64,000 bases of DNA from the human T2T-CHM13v2.0 reference genome, Homo sapiens: assembly GCF_009914755.1 (NCBI RefSeq), contig NC_060928.1, one strand, 5' to 3'. The notes below the pieces were generated by a model, which worked only from the letters and a program-made list of their open reading frames with translations, did not search any database and had not been told where the DNA came from. Made by a program: the position numbers and the translations under genes. Shown one piece after another: positions 53,727 through 64,000 of the stretch; the stretch's first letter is position 1, and each line of letters opens with the position of its first letter.

Positions 53727-53775
53727 AATAAATGAAACAAAAACCAGAATTTTAAATCTGTGGTGTTTGCTCTCC
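53727..53775 (+). terminator. GSX2 polyadenylation signal AATAAA with a downstream GU-rich element
   Basis: AATAAA at 53727-53732; TCTGTGGTGTTTG about 25 nt downstream. Confidence 0.8.
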
Positions 53776-54845
53776 CTATCTTCTCCTGCCCCCTCCTCCA
53801 ATGTCTAGAGAAAGGCATATGCAGGAAAAAGCTGTCTGAGGAATTCGAGGAAAATGTTGAGTAAGAACTTGGTAATGTGGGTCTCTTGACTGAGGGAGTT
53901 TGTGGCTCAATGGGTTTTCTATGTAACAGAACTTTCGCCAAGGAGACACCTTTAGTCATGATGGCATCTACCAGGCAGTGCCTCTCCATCCTTAAAATAG
54001 GCAACCTCCTCACAGTTGATAGGACAAATCACTCCATTTGGAATGACACTGACCATTAACGACAGGTAAACCTTTATTTAGCAAGGAAGGGTAAAAATCC
54101 CCCATCTAGTTTTTGTTTTCTTCTTTCTACTTCCTCATTTCTCTCAGTACGAAAACTTGAATTATGTGAAGGAATTTGTAGAGTCAGAATAGTTTTAGGA
54201 AGAGCAACAATCCATCAAACAGGTCAGAAGCAAACAGTGGAAACTTAATAACGATGCTACAAGCAGAATTAGCGGGTTTCCCTCAATGTTAAGAAAACAA
54301 AAAGTCAGGGACAGGAAGTATTCTGTTCAAAGATTTATAATCTCACTTTTTCAAAGCAGCCCAGAGATGCCTTTAGAGCTTTGAGTTTTGGGGCTTTTTT
54401 TCCCGGTCACCCTAATATTCAGTTAATTTGGCTCCCTTCTAGTCCCTTCCAGCCCACCCCCCTTCCCATAGCCTAGCAGAATCACTTCCTTTAAGCCTGG
54501 TCCCAGAGAAGACTTATTTCTAGCTCTTCCCTCAGCAGGGCAACTGGCTCTCTCCTCAGTGCGGCCTGGGCTTGTTATCTTAGGGAGAGAAGTGAAGAAA
54601 CTGGAAACAGGAAAACGAAGAGATCTCATTCCCTGCAAGCTGAGCCCCACTAATCCTCAACCGGTGTGATTTCTGATTAGGTTCTATAAAGACGCCACCC
54701 AATAGGTTCAAGCCACAGGAGTTAATGACAACACACATACACAAGGGCTTTAGGTCTGAGTTACTAGAGGCCGGTCGGACTGAACCTCACCAGGTACGGC
54801 TGGGGTTCTAAAACTGGACACGGTTTTCCCTGAGTGTTGTCTTTA

Positions 54846-54856
54846 GCGCGCGCGCG

Positions 54857-54898
<42 letters not shown>
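54846..54898. repeat. (GC)10(AC)16 compound microsatellite
   Basis: Directly visible 53-bp purine-pyrimidine alternation. Confidence 0.97.
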
Positions 54899-54901
<3 letters not shown>

Positions 54902-55696
54902 GGCTCAGAAGGAAAATCCCTCTTCGTTCCGTCAAGGGACATAGGGAGGAGGGCCCGCACTGTGTGAGGCTGAAAAGGGAGCTGCCGGCGCTTTGTGCAA
55001 TGTGCTGAGCTCTGTCCTGCGCAGAGGTCCCAGACAGCCGGCTCACTACTGCCTGGCCTGGGAAGCTCAGGCCTCTGGATCTCTTTCCTCCTGTCTCTCA
55101 CGCGCAGAGCTCCGGGCTCTTCGCCCTGCCCGCCACGAAAGGGAGGAGGCGCAGGCCGGCTGCCTTTCCAAAAGATTCTGTCTCCCTTCTTCCCAAGAAG
55201 CAGGCCTCTCCGCGCGCGAGAACAGAGGTGGGAGGACGGGAGTTTGCAGGCGCAAAGAACAGGAGTTTAAGCAGACTATTTCCACCAGGGGAAATAAGAA
55301 GCACAAAGAGCGCCTGCTGCAGCTCTTTGCGCTCTTGCCCAAAGCTAAGCTTCCTCTGGGCTGTGGGGAGACTCCTCTGGTCCCCGTTCCATCTACCCAG
55401 CCCGGCCCCTCTGGGGCTCAGCGCTTGGGTTTAGCCCTCCCCTATGTCCATGACTAGCCCCGATCACAGTCTCTTAAGCCTCTCCCGGCCCCCGGCTCCC
55501 AGGCCCTGCGGAGCCAAGCACTTGGAACACCAGGTACCGCGCGCGGTGGACCCAGCTCTGCCATGCCGCAGATAGCCGCAGTGCCAACCCTGTTTAGATG
55601 GTTTGGATCTGCTTGGATGGCCCCAGCCCCTCTTGCTTCGATCTTTGGGGAAGTTCCCTAGGGAAAGGAGAATAAACAAAGTATTTCTGCCCAGAG

Positions 55697-55698
<2 letters not shown>

Positions 55699-55734
<36 letters not shown>
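55699..55734. repeat. Poly-A tract (36 nt) not attached to a SINE
   Basis: Directly visible. Confidence 0.95.
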
Positions 55735-55735
<1 letters not shown>

Positions 55736-58662
55736 CGTAGCGATACCTATTTAGATGTTGGGACACTCTCCATAGAAGAAAAGGTTCTCCAGGGTTCCCA
55801 GGGAGGTCTTCCTTCTAGGACATCCGATGCAAAGTGGACTCCTTTGGTCACTTTCAGAATGGAGTATGAGGTCTCCTACTATGCTAGAATAAGTTTTACA
55901 TGTTTCCCTATCCCCACTCCTCAAAAAATATCAGTTGATGTTTTTGAAGTTTTCAAATCGGAATAATGCTTTGGTATTTTGGAGTCGGTCTGATTCTAAA
56001 GACCAACAGTTTCACTTTAGTTTAAGAGCATTTAAGCCAACCCTCAGAAACTCACATTCTCAGCTAAATAATCTTGATATCAAACACCCATTTAAGAGGA
56101 AAGTTTAAGATGTATGGGGTCACCCTTGACAATTTCTCTACCTGGGAAGCACTAGATACTAGTTTCCATTATGCCCCACTTGAAAAACAGAAACAGAACT
56201 ATGTTCCCCCAGAGCATGACCTCTTAGAGAGGTCATGGAAAGAAAGAAAGAATGGAAAGAAAGAGAATGAAAATGAGAATGAGAATTAGAAAACAGGAAC
56301 TTGCTCCACCAAGAGAAAATCAGTGGGTAGCACCCGCTGTGAGTGTGGTTGAGTCCATCTTTTTGAGAACAAGTCTCATGTTAGTTTTAAACAGGAAAAG
56401 AGCTGGGGGTGGAAGGCAGAGTGGAGAGCAGGAAGGATGACCTCTCACCCATGTGCCCTGGCCCAGCCCAGACATTCAGAGCATAGAGGAGGAACAGAGA
56501 CTTTTCCCCTTCACTCTCCCACTCAGCCACCAACAAATGCCTAAGGCCAAGGGCCTGATACTGATAGCAAACTAGGCCAAAAGCAAAAGTGACCCAGTAG
56601 CCCATCCTTAGGGTGTCAGTGGGCCTGCATGATGGAGACACTGGTGCCCATAGACCTCTTTTCCTCTAGGGTCCTTATTCTGAAGTGGTCATCATAGCTC
56701 AGTCCCTTCCCCACTCCCCTAAAGAATATCTAATAATTTTAGGAGAGACAAAACACTTGGGGATGTGAAGTCTTTGATTTCTGACCTCCGCCTCCGTCTC
56801 CTCATTGCCAACCACCACCCCGCTAACCCACAACGCCCCACCAGTTCTGTCCAGTTATATCTGGTCAGGATTAGAAATGCAGTTTGCTTGGCACACTCTA
56901 ACTGTGGTCAGACAATTGCCAGAAAGGTGGTGGTTCTAACTAAAAGCAGTCACAGAGGGCAACAGGGGCTTTGTATGTACATGTGTGTAGTGTGTGCATG
57001 CATGAGGCACATGTGTGTGTGAAAGAGACAGAGAGGGTCCTTTGATGGTGGTGATGTAGGTGGAAAAGAGTAATTTTTAACCAGGTTTTCTTTTTCTTTT
57101 TGTTTCCCACTTATACCTTTCCTGCAGGTTCCACTCGCTTTTAATGGCACTCCTTGAGAGATTTCTTTGAGGGAGATGGGGAGGTGCTCAGTGTTGGGTT
57201 GTGGGGAGGAAAAACAGTCTGAACATGGAGGGGAGACATGGAGAAGAGCTCTGGGGCATGATCTCAAGCCCAGCCTTACGGGTGTGAGAGAGGGGAGGAG
57301 AATGACACTCCAATAGAACCTATTTGCTAGAGGAAATCAAGTTTAAAGGAGCAATCACTCCTTTCAAAAGAGCTCCTCCCATCTTCTCCAAACACAGCCC
57401 AAAGCTGTCCTAGACGATGAATGCAGTTCAGTGCATCAAAGCAATTGTTCCTATTTTCATTATTCACAGGAAATCTTTGAATGTACCTGTTAAGGTGACA
57501 GACCTTTTAAAAGGGAACATTTTTTTCCATGCAATTAAATGGTGCATTTACTAGGCGTCTATTAACATAATTTAATATAAATCTATTTTATAAATCTTTA
57601 GGCTCACATTACTGAAAATTGAGCTTCTCTTAAAAAATGCCCACATCTCTTCCCTAAACTACATAGAATAGAACCCAAAAACTTGCTATTCTAAGCCAGC
57701 TAGAAATATTAAAAGTAATAGAATCCTTTGTATTGTCTTTTGTTAATGGTGGGGGTATGAAGAAAAGGGGCAACTTGTCTCATAGAAATTCTATAAGGAC
57801 CCGAGGCTTCTACATCCAACATCTGGCACTTGGAGTGGGCAACACAGGCTGGAACTAAGGGAGGGGCCAAAGAAGCACAGAACTTAAGACATCTCTTAGA
57901 ATCAGACTTGAATCAGAACTCAGATTAAAAAAAAAAAAAACTAAAAAAAAAGAAAGTCAGCAAAACTCCAACTTGCAAAGAAATTTGGATTCCAGTTTCT
58001 TCTGTTTGGGGAAAAAAATTCTGAGGCCTGTGAGACCTCTAGTGCTGCTCCATGTGGCAATAGATAACCTTGTCTGTTGCCATAGCCAGACTACTTATTC
58101 TCAAGTGTACCCTCCAAAATCCTGGGCATCCCATTGTCTCTGAAAATAGTGTTTTGTGCTCTCTTAATATACTGATGTCAATGCCGCCCTTCGGTACTGG
58201 ACACTGCTTTTCTTCAAGCTGAGCCCTATGTTTTCCTGAACCCTTGCTGTATCTTTGTTGAGCCTTCTAAATCCCAAACCTAGGAAGGCCCCAGGGGCTC
58301 CCCTGAGTGAATCCTAACAGATCGGAAGTGTATGCTGTGTGCTTAGGAAAGTAACTAGTTTCAGATTAATGAAGCAGTGACAATTTCAATCTGCTTAAAG
58401 GCGGAGGTTGGCACTGCCCAGGCCTGAGCGTGGGGAGCTCGCCAGGCTGGGCTTTATATTGTCCCCTTTTCTGAAGAGCAGACAAAGATGGATAGAGAGA
58501 CATTGAAAAGCAAGGGGAGTATTTCAAACAGTCTCATAAAGCAGGCTGTCACTTTAAGACAAGAACCATAGTGCTTTGATGACTTTGTATTAGCTGCACC
58601 ATTTCAAATAGGGGACTCAAGTCTCTAGTGAGAGGGAGGCAAGGGGAGAGAGGAGAGAGAAG

Positions 58663-58666
<4 letters not shown>

Positions 58667-58708
<42 letters not shown>
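58667..58708. repeat. (GA)n microsatellite
   Basis: Directly visible. Confidence 0.95.
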
Positions 58709-58711
<3 letters not shown>

Positions 58712-60269
58712 TAGTAATATTTAGCCTGTGAGCACTGTGGCGAAAGTAATTCTAGGCAACTACTTGGTTTCTGAAGTTCAAGGAGAAACCACCCACAGCA
58801 GGTGCAGAGAAAAAAAGGCAGGTGGGAGTTGCTCCCGATGGGAAAGAGCTCCCTGCCTATGAGTGGCAGCCGGCTCCAAGGAGCAGAAGCCAGCTTGGTC
58901 TCAGTTTGCTGCGAAGGGATGGAGCAGGGTGAGAAGCTCTGCCTGCCCCAGACCTTGAAGGATTATAATGGAAATTTTTGAGAGTGTGAAAAAGAAAGAA
59001 TACGAAGGAGAGGGAGTGCATGCTTTTGGAGACTTCCTTCACAAACCCTAATTTAGATTGTTTGGGGTCAAGCAGCAGCCAGCCACCTTCCTCCTTTCCT
59101 CCTTAATTAATTAATAAGAATGATTAATTATTAGGATTTTGAATGTCAAGGCTTCAAAATGCCTTTGGCTAGAGGCTGATGAGTTGCTTAAGCCATACAT
59201 GTAGTTTTAACTTGGGATAAGGGAGTTGAGACTTTAGAGGTGTGTTTGCTGTCACTCTGTCTTTTTTTTTTTTTTTTTTTTTTTTGCCTTTGCATCTGCT
59301 TCCCCAGTGATCTTTCTCTGTCTGCATTTCTCTGTCTTGTCTCCATCTCCTTCTGCCTTGATATCCGCCCCCACCCCCACCCTTTGTTCTCCTGGCCGTT
59401 TTCCCCATCCAGTCTCCCCTGGCCATGGCTCAATCCTCCTAGCTCTCCGGGGAAAGAGGAGGATGCTAAAGCTGCCATTCCTACTTGGGTATCTACTGCG
59501 GGCACAGGCATCTCGGAATCCCACTGCATCATCGGTGGCAGGAAGTGGGTGGGCATTAATGTAGTTTCACTCGCTGGATCGAGAGTTATTGACAGCTTAG
59601 ATTTTCTTTTTTCTGCTTGTCAAAAATTTCTTTCTCTTTCTTTTCTTCTCTTTTTTTCTTTTTTTTTTTCTTGGATACGGGAACCAGAACCACGAAATCC
59701 TGCAAGCTTTGAAGGCCGGCGAAAGGGCTCCCCCGTCGGTGGCGCCGGAGGGAGAAGCGTTTAGTCACTGTTTCATTAGGCACTATTTGAACCTTGCAAC
59801 ATGTGGTAATTTCTGGGGCAAGCTGAAAAGGGGGGATTATGTAGGAGGGACATAAGGAAATTAGCCAACGGTTAATTTAACTCGTTTTCTGCTAGACTTT
59901 TCGATACATTCCTAATTGACTGAGGGGCAGGTGAAGCTCCCGCCCCATGCAGGCTCATTCACGGTGGGAATAAATGGCTCTTTCTCAACTCACACTGCTC
60001 ACAATATATCATCAGGGAAAAGACATGCAATGAATATGTTGATTTTTTTTATTAATGGAATTACACCCTGCCATGCAGGTGTGAGGGTAAAAACCTATAC
60101 TGCAATGAAATAAGATTAACAATGAAATTAGAATTTTATTAGCTTTATATGTCACACAGACCTGGATTTGAACTGTCAAAACAAGCAACAAGAAAAGATA
60201 TTCTGAACGCAGCCCTGTCAATCAACCAGGAGAAACGAACAGCGTGGTATCGAAATCATAATCACCTTC

Positions 60270-61300
60270 CAGTTCTTCAGCGCCTCACTTGGGCCTTACG
60301 TGAGAAGCAAGTGGGTGGAGGACCCCGCGTGGGCAAAGGCCTGGTCTCTGGACCTGCAGATAGTAGATGAAAAACACCACCTGGGTTCGGTAGACCCGGC
60401 CTAAAAAAGGCTCGGGTCCAGGCTAGAAGGGCCTGGATGGCCCGAGGCCTCCAAGATATCAGACGGACCGGCTGGGCACCCGCGGCCTGCAGGCCATATT
60501 TCGCGTCCTCCAAATCAGCTGCCTAGGGCGGGCCGTGACCCGAGGGAATTGGAGAGAAAAGTCCAAACGCTGGGCGAGAGGCGGGGTAGGGCGCCCTTTG
60601 GAAACCGCCCTGGGTTTTGTTACTCCGGGGCCCCCGGAGCTTCGGCACAGCTACCTGGGTCTGGCAGGCGCAGAGGTGCCGTATGCAAATGGTTCACTAT
60701 TAGGCGAGAAAGAAATACTTCAAATGGCCCTTTGTAACCTTCTATAGAAAATCGAGGTACTCTGCATGACAAAGCACAATTAAGCTTTCTATTCAGGAGT
60801 TCTGCAGCTGGTAGCCCATTGGGAAAGTGGGAGGAAACGCGAATATATTAATAGTGTGGCGAAAGTTTTTTGTGTGCGTGTCCTTTTCTAGGTCGGGGGT
60901 GGGGAGGGGCGGTGGGTGGACGCAGAGGGAGGAAGGCTCAGCCTTGGATCCTTGCCACCTGAACAACGTCGCCTCTGCCCACGTGGAAAGCCTCGCTTGT
61001 CTGGCAGCCGGGGTTCTGAATGGTTGCCGCGACCCCTGCGCTCCCAGCAGGGCCAAGAGGACCTCGCGGGCACCAGCGTCCGGGCGGGAAGGGACGTGTG
61101 CCCAAGCCTCGCCTCCTGGCCCTCAGTGGGCTGGGACGCCCTTGATCACCGGCGCAGGAAAGAGGCTCCCCAGCCCGTGAGCTTCGTCCGGGCGCCAGGG
61201 CAGGGATGGCTGGTGGTGTGCACTGGAGAGCACGACGGTGACGCTGCGTGGGAAAGAGACGTGGGAAGGGCATAGCCGGATTATCCACTCAGCTCCAATT
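60270..61300. promoter_or_regulatory. CpG island ~7 kb downstream of GSX2
   Basis: CpG-rich; octamer ATGCAAAT at 60683-60690; G-tracts at 60895-60918. Confidence 0.65.
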
Positions 61301-61419
61301 TTCTCCAAGCGCCACTCACCCCACAGTTGAGGTTCGCTTCCCGATTGTTCATTTGTAGAGTCTAAAGGGAAAGAAAATTTTGCCTCTGAATAAATAAAGG
61401 GCCCTTAAAACCAACTCTG

Positions 61420-61910
61420 CTGATTATCCTGCGTTTTCCATCTGGATCCATTTCACCCTCTTCTGCCCTGCTGGGTGCCCTCGGACACTGACCTTTGTGG
61501 ACAGTATTAGTTCCTTTATCAACTGCGTCGCTGGCAGGCGCTTGCCTCTGGCTTCCATTTGCATTTGGTGAATAAGTGGCACTGCAAATAACCGAACAAC
61601 CTAAGGATAGAGAACTGCAGGTATATTGTTTCTGGGAATGTTATATTGTTCCAGTTCTGGCAGTTGCTGCTTCTCTAGAAATTCTTTTTCTCTTTGAGAG
61701 CCTATTTTCCTAGGCTCTGGCTTTTAATCAGACTCCCCCTGTGCCTTCAGGCATGAAGTGGAAATGCCTTCTAGTTTCTGCTAGTCCCCTGGGTGCATCA
61801 AAATTCTTGTTAGTTCCATTAGCCCTACACACATCTCTGCAAATAGTCGCTTTGTTGAAAAGTGTCTTTAAAAACCCTAGCTCACATTGGTTACCTGGCT
61901 CCTGATCAGC
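61420..61910 (+). mobile_element. ERVL LTR (LTR33-like)
   Basis: GGATCCATTTCACCCTCTTCTGCCCTGCT...CCTCTGGCTTCCATTTGCATTTGG...CTCTGCAAATAGTC motifs. Confidence 0.5.
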
Positions 61911-62887
61911 CATGTTATGTTTAAGTCAATCCCTTCTATAACAGCCAGCTCAACTGTCACCATACTTTTGCTGGGACAACTCCTGTGAGAGGAACTCCAC
62001 CCTCTAACCCATTTCATTTTCAGACAGCTTTGACCATTAGAAACTTTCTTGTGTTGGATTAGAATCTTCATTCAGTATTTTTTATCCATTGGGTCCTACC
62101 TAGTTCTTTCTCCATGGAACTTCTAAGTGTCTGTCTTCTCCCTATTCCCAACTGTGAGGACATTGATGACAGCAACTGCATCTTTCATCTCTATATCCTT
62201 AGCATTCATCACAACGCCTAGCACCTACTAGCAGATGCCCAGTAAATGCTAGCTGGGTCAGTGCATCATCTTACTTCCAAGTCTCTACCAGTTGCATCAA
62301 TCATGGAGGACTTAGAAACAGCTATGATGAAATATAGCTTGAAGATGGGATATATCTATAGGTGTGTGTATACACATGATAAATATATGTAAATGTTTAT
62401 ATAGGCTAAATATCATGTACATAAGGTAAATATATTGAGAAGTTTCTGGAGACAATCTACGTGCTTTACCATTTACTAGCAGTGTGACCTCGGGCAATTC
62501 ACTTCATCCCTCTGACTTCCACTTGCCTCATTTGTAAAATAAGGATAATTAATAGTTGAGAATTAAATAAGGACATTGATAGTTAAATAAGGAAATAGAT
62601 GTGAAGATATATAGCTATTTAGATAAAGTAGCCATGGAAGGTCTAACTGAAAAAGTAACTTTTGAATAGAGACCTAAAGAGAATGTGGAGAACTGATCAC
62701 ATGGCTTGCTGGAGCAAGAGAATTCCAGACAGAGGTAGAAACAAGTGCAAAGACGTAGATGGGAACATGCCTGCAAATAAAAAATATGTGGGTAAATATA
62801 AAAGATGTTTTTAAAAGATCTCTTTTAAAGATAATTGAATATTTTAAAGCAAAAATAGTAATATATTGTGGAGTTTATAACATACAG

Positions 62888-63046
62888 TTTTTTTGTTGGT
62901 TTTTTTTTTTTTACTTTTTAAAAAAAAATTAGAGATGGGGTTTCACTATGTTGCCCAGGCTGATTTTGAACTCCTGGACTCAGGCAGTCATCCCACCTCA
63001 TCCTCCCAAAATGCTGGGATTACAGGTGTGAGCCACTGTGTCTGTC
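62888..63046 (-). mobile_element. Alu monomer
   Basis: GAGATGGGGTTTCACTATGTTGCCCAGGCTG...GTGAGCCACTGTG. Confidence 0.85.
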
Positions 63047-63047
63047 T

Positions 63048-63385
63048 CAGCTGATTCTTTTTAGTCATGATAGTTATGCTCTGTAAAGTTGTTGAAAATG
63101 ATGAATTAGTGAACACTGAACATTGTTCACAGGGGAAATACAGAGTTAGATTCTGTAAACCTCTGGTTGCAACACTTTTGTCAAGCAATCAACACATAAC
63201 CTTGTTTTATGTGTGTCTCTATTTAAAGACAGCTTATGTAATATATATCATTGATTTATTAACATGGAGCTCACAGCCAACATGTCTGAACAAAGCTCAT
63301 CTAACACACACATAAGGCACATCCATGTCTTCTCGTACTAGGAATACCAGATATAATTTTACAATTGCCCCTGGGAGCCATTTTT
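63048..63385. mobile_element. TcMar-Tigger element (MER82-like), partial
   Basis: GAATTAGTGAACACTGAAC...GGGGAAATACAGAGTTAG...CATAACCTTGTTTTATGTGTG. Confidence 0.65.
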
Positions 63386-63640
63386 TTATGGTGAAAAATA
63401 TATATGGCATAAAATTTACTATTTTAATTATTTTTCAGTGTACAATTCAGTGCCATTAAGCATTTTTATATTATTCTGCAACCACCACCACCACCATTAC
63501 CCATCTCTAGAACGTTTTCATCTTCTCAAATGAAACCTCCATACCCATTAAACAATAACTCCCCTGTCCTGTGCCTTCTGCCCTGACAACCACCATTCTA
63601 CTTTTTGTCTCTATGAATTTGAGTACTCTAGGTACCTCAT
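63386..63640 (-). mobile_element. L1 (L1MB-like) 3' end
   Basis: CATAAAATTTACTATTTTAA...CACCATTCTACTTTTTGTCTCTATGAATTTGAGTACTCTAGGTACCTCAT. Confidence 0.8.
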
Positions 63641-64000
63641 TGTTCTGTGAAAGGGCTGTATATGCAAAGAGATCCCCAAATACCAAAGAAGTGAAGAAAT
63701 CAAAGAAGGAAGCAGACAAATCCAGTTTGTTGGTATGAGATTATTTATCAGGGGAATTTATGGACAGAAGCATGGTCTTGGGGGCTGCAAGACAGGTAGA
63801 TCTTAGCACCACAACCTCCCAGATCCTTAGGGAGGCTGATGTCTTGGGGAAAAGTATAAAAATATGTGCTCTGGAAGGAATGTATAGGTGCTACAGGAAT
63901 CCTAGCCTATGATGTTTGTAACAGCATTAAGTGTTGTTTTGGAGGAAACTTACAGTGACTAGCTGTTTCTACACAAAAAGTACTGACACCTAGACATTAT
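63641..64000. mobile_element. Probable LTR inserted in the L1 (runs off the window)
   Basis: Abrupt switch from L1 sequence to TG-initiated LTR-like sequence; family not determined. Confidence 0.4.

Noticed and set aside
55699-55734. 36-nt poly-A considered as a retrocopy tail
   Set aside because: No upstream Alu, L1 or mRNA body and no clear TSD; treated as a simple repeat

Overview
Human/great-ape-type genomic DNA matching the 4q12 CHIC2-GSX2 locus. The minus strand holds the first three coding exons of CHIC2 (15426-15544, 499-553, 203-358) and its CpG-island promoter; later exons lie left of the window. The plus strand holds the complete two-exon ParaHox gene GSX2 (51596-52169 + 52833-53173, 304 aa) with TATA box, poly(A) signal and a transposon-poor, TAAT-rich regulatory neighbourhood. 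The ~35-kb divergent intergenic region is dense in Alu, L1, L2, LTR and DNA-transposon remnants and carries two processed pseudogenes (COX6C-like at ~27.8 kb, MORF4L2-like at ~38-39.7 kb). The most notable unexplained structures are: a ~350-bp inverted duplication bracketing the MORF4L2 retrocopy; two near-identical TAAT-N7-TAAT (Gsx homodimer-type) sites on either side of GSX2; a stop/start-overlapping uORF pair in the CHIC2 leader; a COX6C retrocopy that appears to preserve ancestral residues; and a ~92-bp local templated duplication in CHIC2 intron 1. No clearly new biological system can be established from sequence alone. Repeat subfamily names and boundaries are by-eye estimates.
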